In this document: in pieces, positions 38,501 to 51,289 of the stretch
Numbering within the stretch: the first letter of the stretch is position 1
Layout: every line of letters starts with the position of its first letter
Assembly: GCA_964276515.1 (NCBI GenBank)
Contig: OZ193909.1
Location: 4,650,001 to 4,714,000 of the forward strand
Reading direction: 5' to 3'
Origin: Gordius albopunctatus
Taxonomy: Eukaryota
Length of the DNA: 64,000 nucleotides
Program-made: the position numbers and the translations under genes
The notes under the pieces: model-generated
Told to the model about the DNA's origin: nothing
Database searches by the model: none
The model's input: only the letters and a program-made list of their open reading frames with translations

Positions 38501-41500
38501 CTCGGTCCTCGAGCATTTTTATACGCTACTGCTCTGCCTATTGCACCAAACAGCGAGCACATAGTGTGCTAACGTGCATATTAAGCAACTCAGCGCGCGT
38601 GTTAGCGTCTGGACTTTGAAGAAAGTTGGCAATTTAACAACTCTAGTGGTCGGTATTCAGCACACCCACGCTGAACTGAATGTCTTCACCAGAAAAGGGG
38701 ACTAACAGCGTGGGTATGGCTCTCTTTCTTAAGACTACAATAGCCCCTCAGCACACCCTAGGACGCCCATCACAACACTATATCATTATGGTTTCAACCA
38801 ATTCTTTAGGGTAGAATATTGAAACAAAATCGACTTTTAAAAACGAGTTATAAAGATCCAAAGACAATTTAAGTCAAATTCCAGTATTTTAAACATAAAA
38901 CAAGATTTGATATTATTAATAATACTCTTTATTTTCTTTATTATTTACACCTCTTATAAGCAATAATTTTAAAAATCAAATTTAAAAAACTGCATTAAAA
39001 CACCCAATCACTTCTCCACGATAAAAAAACTTTAATAAATAAAAATTTGATGATAAAACTTCATATAGACAAACTTCGCTTTCAATCTTAGCGCATTCTC
39101 CCTTGATATCTTCTAGCGTTCCTTTTTGCCGTTTTTCCTCGAGCACGCCTTCGTCCAAATTATGCTGGGCCCGTTCTTTCCCACTTTCTAAAATCTTTAC
39201 ACTTTCTAGTACCACCTCAACCTCGTGTTTCAACTTTTGGTAAGCTTCGTTTTTTCCCCTCAGCTCCGCGGTTCTCTGTTCAATCATCTTTTCAACTTCA
39301 GCCTTCTCGCTATGATTCCAAACGTATTGCAATTTTTTTTATAAAAATACATATACCTATTCTTTATTTTTACGCAAGTTTCCAAAATGTTTAAGATAGA
39401 ATATTTCAGTCCATCCTACACATATATAAGACACGAATATTTAATGTTTAAGATCAGTGAAAATAGTGAAAGGTCACCGTGTAAGAACGTTGTTATTTAG
39501 ATATTTTTATAGGAAAATAACCAAAGACTTGCTTAAAAATTATAAAAAGTGACAACTCTTCTTAACATTAGGGCCCTTTTAAGCATGAAAATTACGCTCT
39601 GTGCTTTGGAAAAATAGTTAGAAAAGAATACACTTGATAAGAAAATTTGAAAATCCTTAAAAAGTCGATGAAAGCTTACTTTTCAATCTCGGCGATTTCC
39701 TTCATGAGGTTCAAAATTTGCAGGCCCCCAGGGATTTGCTTGTAATCTTCCTCGGTTAGCGCATCATTAACAACCTTATCCATTGATATATTTATTAATT
39801 TATATAAATCTGCATAAAAATCCTTTTCGATGACCCTATATATTTACTAATTCTTTACTTTCACATCCATTTAACCCAAAAGTAATAGCTTTAAACCCTG
39901 TAGGAGTATAAAAAGCCAAACAAATTGCAAAAGTGCAGATCTAACAAAATTTTAGGAACAAACCATTTTTAATATTTACTAAAAAAACCGCTCGCAAAAA
40001 TATTTATTCGTTGTTTTCGGGCAATTTTAAGGCATGCTAAATTATTCCAAATTATATTTGCCCTCCCCACTGAATATCAGGTTGCATCGTACCTTGTAAG
40101 ATTCTAGGGCCCATACTACCAGTGCCTGGAAAACTATTTATCCAAAAAGTATAGCGTGGTTCACAATCTTGAAAGTCGATTATGACATGAACATGACAAT
40201 TCATTTTGAAGTGCGATAAATTACTAATAACCTATATTATTGGTCAGATCTTTGACAAAATTATTTACATGTTCTTATGATTCGCCCTCACTAAAACTCA
40301 TCGTCTTTGTCCATGAGCGTAGCCAAAAGGGAGAGGGGGGGGGGCAGGGAGGAGCGGCTGCCACCATCTAAATTTAAAAATTTGATTTATATTGAAATTA
40401 TGGGTAAAAGTTCAAAAAATGATCCTTTTGCGCCTCCTTAAATCATTATTGCTCCCCTCTAATTCCAATGCTGGCTACGCCCATGTCCTTATCGATTTTG
40501 AGAAGAAATTATTGTGCCCAGTAAAATATTCAAATGATCAGTAAATAATTTAATGTTCAGTAATTTAATTATTGCTCAGTATTTTATTCATTCGTTCAGT
40601 TATTATTTCTATGTTGCTCAGTAACTGAAATTTAATTTTAAAATGAAATTAATATTTAAGAGAGATTTGAACCAGCGATGTCAATTCATAGATGTCTTAT
40701 GTGTTATCTATGTGGTAAAAAGATATGGATTTTTCTTAGTCTACCATAAAAGTTCGACTAAGAAAAAGGACATAATTCATTTTTGTCTGTTTTGATGACA
40801 GTTGTCAAAATTATCGTTTGTAGAGCTAAATAAATTCTTTAAATGAAAATTGGTGAGCGAGATATATGATAAATAAATTAAGAACTTTGCCCTCCTCCCT
40901 TTTTTTGTCCCGTTGGTTCCCCCCCCCCCCATCTTATTTTTTACCCGCTTTCTCACTAGGGGGTTAGGGAGTTATTTGCCTCCCCCCCCTTATTTTTTAC
41001 CCTCTTTGTCAGCTGGAACCCCCCTTTTTTTCTACCCTCTTTCTCATCCAGGGGCCCCTTTTTGCCATCTTTCTCACGCAGGGCGGGGGGGGGGGTGATT
41101 TGCCCCCCCCCCGGGTGAGATATAGGGTAAAATATATAGGGGGGGGGTGAGCCTTCTGGTGAGAAAGAGGATATAAAATAGGGGGGAGGGAACCAACGGG
41201 ACAAAAAAGGGAGGGGGCAAAGTTCTTAATTTTTTTAAAAAAAATTGTATACCAATTAAAATATTATCTATAAAATATAAGCGCAAATTAAATTAATATC
41301 ACAAACTATAAAATTATAATATTGAGCGTTATTCATTTAAAGCTGAGCATTTTAAAGTTAATTTACTGAGCAATTTTGAATTTTTTTAATTGGGTACTAT
41401 AACAAAATACTGAGCATTTTTAATTTAATACTGTGCATTTAAATAACATCCATCGATTTTTGCCATCTCCTTAAAGGCTTACGCAATATAGGCTAAATTT

Positions 41501-42899
41501 AACATTTAAAAACAAGTTAGTTTTTGTGAAAAATTGAAAATCATTTGGAACCCAAAAAAATATTGTAAGCAATCAAGCATGGAAAATAATTTTTAAATTC
41601 TACCCCTGCATTTTTGCTGAGTTCCAGCAATTCTGGGTAAAATTGGGAAGGAGGATCTAAGTCATTTTTGAGCTTCTGGTTGATCAGATACCATGCCAAC
41701 TTGAAATGATCCAAATCAAGGCTTCCACTTTGATTTACATCACATACGTTCCTTAATATATTTATGGTCAAACAAACATATTAATAGCCCCAGATGATAG
41801 CAAGATTATAATAAATTATTTTGTTTTTTAAACTGGTTGAATAAAATATTGGCCAGATTTGAATTTGCCCATAGTTACTGCAAAAATAAAATTATTAAAT
41901 AAAAAATAAAATGTTAAATAACTCAAAAGGTGAAGTTCTTTTAGAGCATACACTGACCCTCATATGACTCCCCCCAAAAATTGATTAATTAATTATTTTC
42001 TTTTACAATATTCTAATAATATCTATATTTTGCTTTTTGGGGTATTTTACAATTATGCTTTTACTCAATACAATTAATAATATATTTTAAAATGACAATT
42101 TAGAAAGAAATCATAAAATAGAGCAATCAAATATTTTAAGAATATACATTAAATAAATTTAATTTACAAATTGAAAGGGCAAAACAATATAGTATAAATC
42201 AAATTTTGAAGTTTTAAAAATAGAGTACCATATATGAGCCAAAAACAATTGGGGCAATTTAGTTGTCAAAAAGACATTTTTACAATCCATTCCATCTACC
42301 AAATTGTCTTTATTAGTATCCAATAATGCAAAAATGTGTTCAGGTGATTCATTAATATAATCATCAATCAATCCCTATATTTGTAAAATTTAATCATCTA
42401 AATAATTACAATTTGTGAAAATGCAGAGCCATTGTGTGATGCAATATTATCAGATGCTAAACAAGTATAAGATTTTAAATATGTTAAAAATTGTTACCTA
42501 GATTAGGTTGTTGGGAATAGTTTAAAAACCCTAATGAATGATAAAATTCATTTGGTAGAAATTCAGGCATGTTTCCAGCCTTGGCTTTATTTATAAGGTA
42601 CATAGACTAAAAAATGATAAAATGTAAAACATCTTTACTATAATAAATTCGTTTTGATTTAGAGAGCCATCCTTATCAATATCACTCATATCCCATATTT
42701 TTGCCAAAATATCGACCGGAATTGAAGTTTGAAGCATAAGCTATTAATTATATTATACTTAAAGCCAAAAAACCTCTTTAGCCTTTGAACCATTTAAATA
42801 GCCATTTTCTGAAATGTCCCTAAATATCTTTTCAAGCTTCTGTTTTTCCTCAATCTTTTTAAGCAATAAAATAAAAATAAGTTAAAATACCTTTATCAT
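35528..42899 (-). CDS. EPS15: EPS15/EPS15L1-like endocytic adaptor (2 EH domains, coiled coil, DPF tail; about 493 aa)
   Basis: Exons 42899-42891, 42854-42774, 42740-42639, 42606-42498, 42456-42410, 42374-42229, 41751-41604, 39774-39680, 39309-39075, 37813-37625, 37547-37461, 37170-37092, 36352-36288, 35617-35528, phase-consistent. EH motifs: EKIFRDISENGYLNGSKAKELMLQTSIPVDILAKIWDMSDIDKDGSLNQNEFIISMYLI and IFALLDTNKDNLVDGMDCKNVFLTTKLPQLFLAHIWNVCDVNQSGSLDLDHFKLAWYLI. DPF motifs: HDPFA, QDPFAP. Confidence 0.85.
38077..38279. mobile_element. hAT MITE, family B
   Basis: Same TIRs as 23933-24134; perfect TSD cccatcac. Confidence 0.92.
38443..38645. mobile_element. hAT MITE, family B
   Basis: Same TIRs; perfect TSD gtggtcgg. 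Confidence 0.92.
40312..40485 (+). mobile_element. hAT-type MITE, family A
   Basis: TIRs present; TSD tctttgtc / tccttatc (2 mismatches). Confidence 0.8.
40515..41451. mobile_element. Foldback-like element with modular inverted arms
   Basis: agaactttgccctcctcccttttt..gtcccgttggttccc (40881-40925) is inverted against 41185-41227. ctcagta repeats on the left mirror tactgag repeats on the right, with a C-rich to G-rich switch at the centre. Confidence 0.7.
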
Positions 42900-43178
42900 G
42901 GAAAAATTTGTTTAAAAATTTTACTCAGCTGTTATTTTAGACTTAAAACCGTAATAATACATTCTACTTACGCCAAATAACGCCGAAAACCGATTTAAAA
43001 AGTCTGCAATATCTTATCAAAAATTAATTAAACATGTAATATAATTATGGGCATATACACCCTTGTTAGTTTGATGAAAACCGTGATTAGCAACCGCCTA
43101 AATGAAGGGTTGATTTGCTCCGAAAATTGGAGGGACTTATAGAGCGTCGGTGGCCCGATATCCTAGAGTTTGGCTCCA

Positions 43179-44180
43179 GCAGTGGCGTAGGCAGAATTGA
43201 CTAAAAGGGGGAGGGTTTAAAAAATTTTGTTAAATATTTTTTCTTCTTTATCACTTATTAGGTCCCACACTTTTGGGGTTTATTTTGATATGTTTCTTAA
43301 ATCTTTATCTGAAGAGATAGCCTTCGAATGTCTCGTTTTAGTTTCCATAATTACATTCAATAAAAAAGAACTGCGAGCAGTACCTTGATGTAATTCTATT
43401 ATAATCCGAAAAGGTTAGGAGTCCGCAAAACTTTGAGACTTCGTATATGCTTTTCATGGGCCTTACATATGCGTTAGGGATGTTTTCTTAACTCAAGCAA
43501 CAACATATTAACTGGCGAGGGACTGTGTAATAATATTTCTCTAAGTCGATAAAGACCGTAGGTAGGTCTCTTTTCTTTTTTCCACCTGACTTCTCTAATT
43601 TTTGCAGATGGACTTGGGACCGTCATAATACTAAAAAAGTTATTAAAATTATTTACATCAGTGGCGTAGGCAAGATTGCTCAAGGGGGGGGGCTTTAATT
43701 TTGTTTAAAAAAATATCTTGAAAAAGCATTAACAATTAAATTTTTAGATCTAATTAAGCCTGTGGTCTTTGAGCTCTTTTAAATAATTATAAAATTGCCA
43801 ACCAGGGTCATCGTTTAAACGAAAAATTTCGAAACCCAGGCTTATTAAGATTGAATTATAGACCCTGGATGGCCGGAATTTTTTTGCAAAGCACGAGCTT
43901 AGCGTAGACCCTTCACAAAAAAATTATTTTATATTTCGTTGCTTTTTAATTCAAATTTTTTCTCAATATTAAAACAATCATTTATGAATATATTGAAAAT
44001 GTCCAATAATAATCTTTTTAAAAACGTCAGTCTCAAACGGGTAAAATAATATAATTTTAAATTAATTTGTTAAGTTAATTCTGCTGATTGTAACAAAACT
44101 AACAAGAGGCTTAATCTTCAAAATAATTTTAAGGGGGGGGGGGGGTTGTTCCTATCCCAAAACCCCTTACCACCCTACAT
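43179..44180. mobile_element. Cluster of hAT fragments between the DRAM-like and EPS15-like genes
   Basis: Two cagtggcgtagg termini (about 43179 and 43658) and minus-strand hATC-like remnants (SIMTVPSPSA, ETYLRS). Confidence 0.55.
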
Positions 44181-44388
44181 TAATGAATATATATTAGAAG
44201 TTCAAGGGAAACTAATTATTTCCCAAATATGAAACATATTGTACAAAAATAATTTTGGATATGATTAAATTTCTTGCATATAATCATACTGTAAACAAAG
44301 GATTTATACAATGATGAAGATATAATAAAAGTAGGTAAGCCTGAAACAAGTTGAGCCTAATATGCAATTTAATCTTAATTCAGTAAAA

Positions 44389-45379
44389 TTAATCTGATGT
44401 TGCAATTGTTATAAGATCTCCTTCATCATCAATATAATTATCTGTATATAATTGCCCTCTGTTGATATTATGCCGTAAATTTGATCTAGCCAGGGACAAA
44501 AGTGGCTCATACTCAATCTTTATCTTGATTTGAGGCAGGTTCCATTCAAGTGCTTTAAATTCAGAAACAAAGGTACTCATGTAAAGTAAAAATGAGAATG
44601 CTAAAAACCATTCTGAGATTACACTTGTTAAGTGCCATGTGTATCCTTTGGTGCCTTATAATTATTATATTTTTTCCTGTGAAGTTTAAAGTATACCAGG
44701 TGACCATTTATGATGAGCTGGAATTTCCAAGGGATTTCTACCAGCTAATATTGCACCAAATGTAACCATAGTAAAAGCAACACAAGTTATAATGTTGCTA
44801 ATTACCCGCATGCATCGGATGGCATTAGTTGTTATTATGTGGAGCTTATATGTAAAATATGTTTGGATGAGAAGATAAAACCCACCAACACCAAATATCA
44901 AGTATGCACCAATAACATGTACAATTATGACATTTGTCTCTTGAAAATTAGCTACTAAAGTCAGACCTATCATTGTATAGGTTAAAAATTACTAAATTGT
45001 CTCTACCAAAAGCAGCCATAATGCCACATATAAGAGACAACATATTCGTTCTCTGACAAAAAAGTTTTGAGATATCATCAAGAACATCAATAAATATTTT
45101 AATATGATTAAATCTAGTATGAACAAACACTGCAATAAGAAAAGCAATCATATTTAAGAGTAGGCCAAACACACAACTTTCAGGGGAGTATGTTCCTGTA
45201 TCACTGATATAAGGCAAGCCACCTGATAATAAACAAGAGACCTCATCAATTTATTTACTTGGAGTGACATGTTTAAGAGAAAGGGCTATACTGTATGTAA
45301 TCAATATTGTACTAGGTAAAAGAATTAAAATTGCAATTGGGAGCAAATGAATCCCCCTTTCCACTAATACAATCGCCAT
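44389..45379 (-). CDS. DRAM: DRAM/TMEM150 (Frag1/DRAM/Sfk1) family membrane protein, about 290 aa
   Basis: Exons 45379-45259, 45222-45007, 44966-44697, 44654-44389 with 36, 40 and 42 nt introns. Motifs: LPYISDTGTYSPESCVFG, GLTLVANFQET..VHVIGA, GYTWHLTSVISEW, TFVSEF. Confidence 0.92.
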
Positions 45380-45986
45380 ATGGCATACTTTATTGGGACT
45401 GATTCGCTACACTATGAAATCATTTTCACGTGTTTCGATCTCGTCTCGGTCTCGAAAACAAAATTTCGTCTTGTGTGCGATTATAAAAATCCCGATCTCG
45501 TCTCGGGTTAAAAAATCTCGGCCTCCTAAAGAAATTTTTAAGTATACTTTATGAACTCTTAAAACTTTATATTTTAAATAAAGAAAATCTAAAAAAAATA
45601 AAGTGGCGTACCCTTTTTTCATTAAAAATCTCTATGAACAATTATTAATATTGCTTGCGCAATAATTTGGTGTATATTTAATATTTATAATATATATCTG
45701 GTTTTATAATGTTCACAGCTTAAATATAATTAAATGAAAAAATGTTTTTACGCTTGTATACTATGTTACTAAATTGCTTAAAGTTTACTACCAATTAATA
45801 TAACTAACAGTTTTTTATAAGCAGATTCTTGACAAATTATATTACAAAAGCTTCCAGACTGCCACTACATGCAAAAAATTTTTAATAAATAAAAGTAGTT
45901 ATAAGCACATTAAATTGCTTAATTGCATATTTGAACGGGCTGGGATCCTTAGTTAGCATCGACAAAAATAAGTAATGCCCTTAGAT

Positions 45987-48098
45987 CAGTGGCATAGCTA
46001 GCGGGCAGCCAAGCCCCCCCCCCACCCCCCAAGTGAAAAACCTTGTCACATTGACCCTCCTCCCTTTCAAGCAAATATTTAATATATCGTAATTTCATAA
46101 ATAAAAATCTTATTTGTTTTAAATAAGTGATTATTTCAATTGAGCTAAGTGACTTATTTATAATTTCCGCCTTGTTTTTATTAACAAGCAATGAAAAGAG
46201 GGTGGCGATTAAAACTTAGCATATTTTGAAAAGCTACAAACCACAACTATCAATTAAGTATGGTATTGGGATTGGTGCATTATCATAAAGAAAGACAGTT
46301 GCTATTTAGTTTTACCAACGATTTTTAGAAAAATTAACACTTTTATTTTCAATAAACCAGTTCCATTTTGGGTATTATTGGTGTGTACAAACTTACTATA
46401 ACCATATGATTTTATTTAGACCTTATGTTATCTTTTTAATTACTTGGTATTTAACTCGATGCTTCTTTTTTTACAAATAAAATATATTGTATCGTGGGTA
46501 ATTTCGCCTAGCGACCTGCACGACCGACAAGCTTTTGCTTTAAAGAAAACAACGGGCTGTGGACGGGCCGTAATGTAACCTAGAGGACTAGTGCCATGCA
46601 TTGATATAAGTAAGAACCGCTGAGTTGTTTAAATTATATAGATTTTTTTGTATAAATATAAACAAAGGTGTGTTTAAAATTTTTATATTAATTTATTATT
46701 ATTTGATGTTTATTAAATTTATTACACTATGGTAGAACTTATATTTATTTCACGTGGATAAGGATTAATACAGAACGATGATGATTGTTAGCAATTGGTG
46801 AAAGGGATTGGAAGAATAATGATTGATTATAATTGATGGAGCGAATGATTACAATATCGGAATACAGAATAATAATGATGAGATATAATTAGTAGAGCGA
46901 AGGATTATTGATTAAATTAGAAATGACGCAATATAATGATGGAGCGATGGATTGCGGAAATACATGCCAATGATGATAACAGATGGCTGCTACATTTTTA
47001 CTCTCAACTCGCATTTTAATATCCTACAAATTAACAATGAAATTAGAAGGATTTTTTTCTCTTTATTCATTCATTCATCAATATCTAAATGCGCATTTCA
47101 AAATGACTGTTAATTAGAGACTATATATCAGAGACCAGATTTGCCCGCCCCCGGCCCGGTCCACTGCCCGAACCTTCCCGCCCGGCCCACGGGCCGAGCC
47201 GGGCCGGGCAACTGTCGTAAATTTTAACTTTTGGGCGGGCCCGGGTGGCCACCATAACAAGATTCGGGCAATTCGGGCTCAATTTTGTTTTTAAAATAAT
47301 GTATTATATTGTTTTTGTGTATATTTTGCCACTTTTTTAATTGATTTCATAATTTTTGTTAATCCGAGTTGCCATTTAAAAAAAAATCAAAAATTAAGAT
47401 AAAATTTCTAAAATGTATACGATATTAGTGCTGAAAATTTTAAAACACACAATTTTGGGCCGGGCACTTCGGGCAGCCCTGATAATTCGGGCATTACCAA
47501 GCGGACACATAGAAAGATTCGGGCGGGCACGGGCGGGCAGATTAATTATAAAATCGGGCCGGGCCAGGTTCGGGCAGAAAAATTCTCACAAATCTGACCT
47601 CTGCTTTATATAGACGTGGTCCACTACAATCATACCCTTTAAAAATCTATAAATTTTAGACTAGGCAAATTAATATTTAAAATATTAGCATCTGCAACAT
47701 ATACATAATGTTTATTTGATAAAAAAAATTTACAATCGGATATTTAAAGATGCAAAATAAAAGTTTTTTGTGTACGGTCCCAGGCTCGGACTTTTTGAAA
47801 AAATTAGGGCCGATTCTATCATGTATTATTTTGATGGGTCCGGACCCTCCCCATGGTTTATATATAAGGCGGGCTGGTTGTTTTAAATATACCCATTTCA
47901 GGCCTCTAGATTCGCATGATCATGTGAAAATCAAAGGTAAACAAATAAGTATGAGTTCAAGTGAATTTTGAAAAAGAAATTAAAAGTAATAGGTGATTAT
48001 TAATATGGATTTTTCTTAATCGCCATTGACCCCTCCTCACGTGAAATTCAAGCTCCCCCCCCCCCCCCCCCAAGGGAAATATGCTAGCTAGGCCACTG
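45987..48098. mobile_element. 2.1-kb non-autonomous hAT element
   Basis: TIR cagtggcatagctagc / gctagctaggccactg; TSD ccttagat / ctttagat. Confidence 0.85.
47129..47603. mobile_element. hAT MITE nested in 45987-48098
   Basis: Ends cagagaccagatttg / caaatctgacctctg; TSD ctatatat / ctttatat; cccgg/cgggc repeats. Confidence 0.85.
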
Positions 48099-48619
48099 CT
48101 TTAGATCAATGTTTTAAACATCTGATATAACTATAGTCTGTTCGTTTCTAAAGAATTAATTCCATTTTTATTATTGTAATAATGTCATGGAAACCACAAT
48201 AGTGTATGTATGCAGATATTTCTCATCATTATTCATAACATATTTAATTAATTACACACATTAAAAAGTTGTAATAAAATAAATAAAAGTATCATTGTTA
48301 CTAAATTAGTAACTAAAAAAATTGCACCCATATAATTTCTTAACGGTTACCTTTAGAATCAAAAACTAAGCGATTCTATTATAATTTAAAACCCTATTAG
48401 ACTATGCCCTAAAATATAGACTTGTGTACCATTTTAAAAATAATTTAGCCATAAAATATTTATTTATTAATAAAGCTTATCCTCATATATCTTGTTTAGA
48501 TTTGCACCTGCCTGTCCAACTATTATAAATTGAGAGGTATAGGGAAATGGCAAGACAAATGCATGGTGTGATTTGTAGCTTGAGAATTTGAGAGGTGTGA
48601 CATGATGAGTTCTATCATA

Positions 48620-48740
48620 AATCTTGGCAGACTACTGATTGAATCTATGATCGTCTCTTTAAATAGCAAAAGATGCTCTTGAAATAAGTCGTTCGGCAGG
48701 CACAGAAATCGCTGGAGTGCTCAAAAAGTCTTTAGCCCTA
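48620..48740 (-). pseudogene. hAT dimerisation-domain remnant
   Basis: AKDFLSTPAISVPAERLISRASFAI*RDDHRFNQ*SAK resembles the hATC consensus (A.D.LSIPATSVP.ERLFS). Confidence 0.75.
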
Positions 48741-49120
48741 TTTATATAAGTACTTTCTTAACGATTTTATCATCATATCAAACAGGATGTCAATTGTTGC
48801 AAAATTTGAAGGTGTTTTAGTAATATTTCCTACTTTATTAGATCTCAAGTTTTTATCTTCATATTATATTAATGTCCAGGATAAAAATATGTCCTAAATA
48901 TATTAAATAATTATTTGCAAGCTTTAAGGGCCACTCATATTATATTTAACAAGCTAGAATTACTAAAATTTAAATTTGCGCGGATAAAGATTTAATATAA
49001 ACTCAACTTGGGTGTGTAAAATATCTATTATAAAAGGAGTTCTAATTATATAAATTAACATCCTAAATGGTAATCATACAAAATAGAAATATAAACTAAA
49101 TGTACTATATATGATTATTT

Positions 49121-50789
49121 TCGTATTCCTACGAGGATAATATTTTACTATTTTTATTATAAAATAATCCGAGCGGTGATTTAGGTGGATTACGAGGTGG
49201 GTGGATAGGGCCGGAATAAATATATACTTAAATTTACTAACACTTACATAGCCGGTTATTTTATTTTATTCATTATAAAAAAACTAAGAGAAGAAAAATT
49301 ATATTATGATCAATCGAATCGCGTTATCAAATTCAATGACGCTTGCAATAATAATATCGGGGGGAGAAATAACAAATACGTATAAGCGCGTCGGGGGGGG
49401 GGGAATAACATACGCGTAAATAAAATCAAGTGTAAAGGAAACGTACCGCCTTTAAAGTGGTAGGGTTCAGTACTATGTATATAATCAGTACACAGATGTT
49501 GTACGGCGCAGCGCGTAAGATCAAAAGAATCTTGTAATTAATGAACTTTTAAATAGGCATGGGGGTGGGACAAATCTTCGGATACGACAATTATCATGGC
49601 CAATAAAGAAAAGTTTAAGCCGAGATCTCAAATATAAAATCTCTCGAGGTCAAATTCTCGTCTCGATCTGGACTCAATTTTTCAACTTCTCGCCTCTTCT
49701 CGGCTTTTCGAGACGGGACGAGACCGAAATTCTCGGGATTTCTCCATCACTACATTTAATCGACCAAAAACTTGCAATATTTTCTATTGCCTAGGTCCGT
49801 CTATGGTTCATTTATTATTCACCTAATATTCACTAACATTATAAATAGTGGCAAAAGCTTAGAGTCAGGTCGTGGTTTATGAACAGATAAGGTTTAGGGT
49901 AATTTACTCTGTGGTGGGACATTCTAGTATTATTATGGGTAATAAAAATATATTTGACTAGCTCATACAAGTTGCAGGTTCTGTAGTGAAATGGCAAACC
50001 AAACAAACGAATTTATTTCAATAACCGCGAGTAATTATAAGCAGACGATAAAATCATACGCAGACGATAAATTCATATATTAATTAAAATAGGGAATTAT
50101 GTTACAAATAACGAAGCGTATATTCAAATAACTAATAACTGTTACCACAGGTTTCTTCAGAATATTATCTTCTTCTTCTTTCTATGACTGCTTGTCACCT
50201 AGGCTGGTGGTCAGTCCTTTCAGCATTCGTTTTCATTTGTTTCTATGTTTACATAGTATCGTATCCCTTGATACGAGTCTATTTCCCCACCCCTCTTCCC
50301 ATGTTATTTTATACAAAGGGACGCCGCCTACACGTCTCTCACTTTCTAATTTATTTCAGTACGTGGCACGTGTGTTACTTTTTCTTCCCCCCCCCCCCCC
50401 CCCATGCCCCCTGACACAAAGTTCGTTGATTGTAACATCTGTGTACTGGTTTTAAAGCCGTACTCTTCCTTTACACTTGATTTTATTTACGCGTATGTTA
50501 TCCCCCCCCCCTACGCGCTTATACGTATTTGTTATTTCTCCCCCTGATATTATTATTGCACGCGTCATTGATCTTGATAACGCGATTGAATTAATATAAT
50601 GTAATTTTTTTTTCTTCTCTAAGTTTTTTTATAATGAATAAAATAAAATAACCGGCCATGTAAGTGTTAGTAATTTTAAGTTTATATTTATCCCGGCCCT
50701 ATCCCCTCACATCGTAATCCACCGAGGTCCCCGTACGGATATATATTCTAAAATAAAAATAGAAAAATATTATTATCGTAGGAATACGA
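49121..50789. repeat. Pair of diverged, about 370-bp inverted repeats
   Basis: 49121-49500 is the reverse complement of 50433-50789 with scattered mismatches and indels. Each outer end has a tcgta-ggaa-tacga mini-hairpin. Confidence 0.85.
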
Positions 50790-51289
50790 TATTGGTGTCA
50801 GAAATTTTACTCACGCCCGAAGGAAGAAGAAACCAGGAATTATTCAAAAAAAAGAGGAAAGGAAATATGAGTCATATTCTAGAAATAGAATTATTATTCT
50901 GGAAATAGAATTCTTATATGGGTTGAGTATGACCTGATTGCTCAAAACCTAAAAGAAAACCGAATCGTACTCGAGTGTTAACGATTCGTTGCAACAATAC
51001 CAAAAGGAAAAATTCGGAGGATTCAAAGAGCAGGGATTGGCTTACCTATTTAAAGGGCGGGTTAGATGAGATTATTCCAGGATTATTCCCACAAGCCATA
51101 AATGAGGTAATTATAAATATATCACGTTCGCCATGGATTCTTAATTCTTCAAAGGAGAAGACCGTATGATTTTATTGAAGGTTACACGTGTCGTATATAA
51201 TAGATATTATATTATGGATATAAATATAATTATATGTTTTATTATTGGAAGTCAGTCGAATTGATCAGATAAAATCCGATTTAAACTTT

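Noticed and set aside
40092..40133. Candidate extra EPS15-like exon (FPGTGSMGPRILQ)
   Set aside because: Its acceptor phase does not fit the phase-0 donor at 41603. The model closes without it, using the AAG acceptor at 39775.
49975..50000. tRNA-like 5' sequence ggttctgtagtgaaatgg
   Set aside because: No anticodon arm, T-arm or acceptor-stem partner follows.
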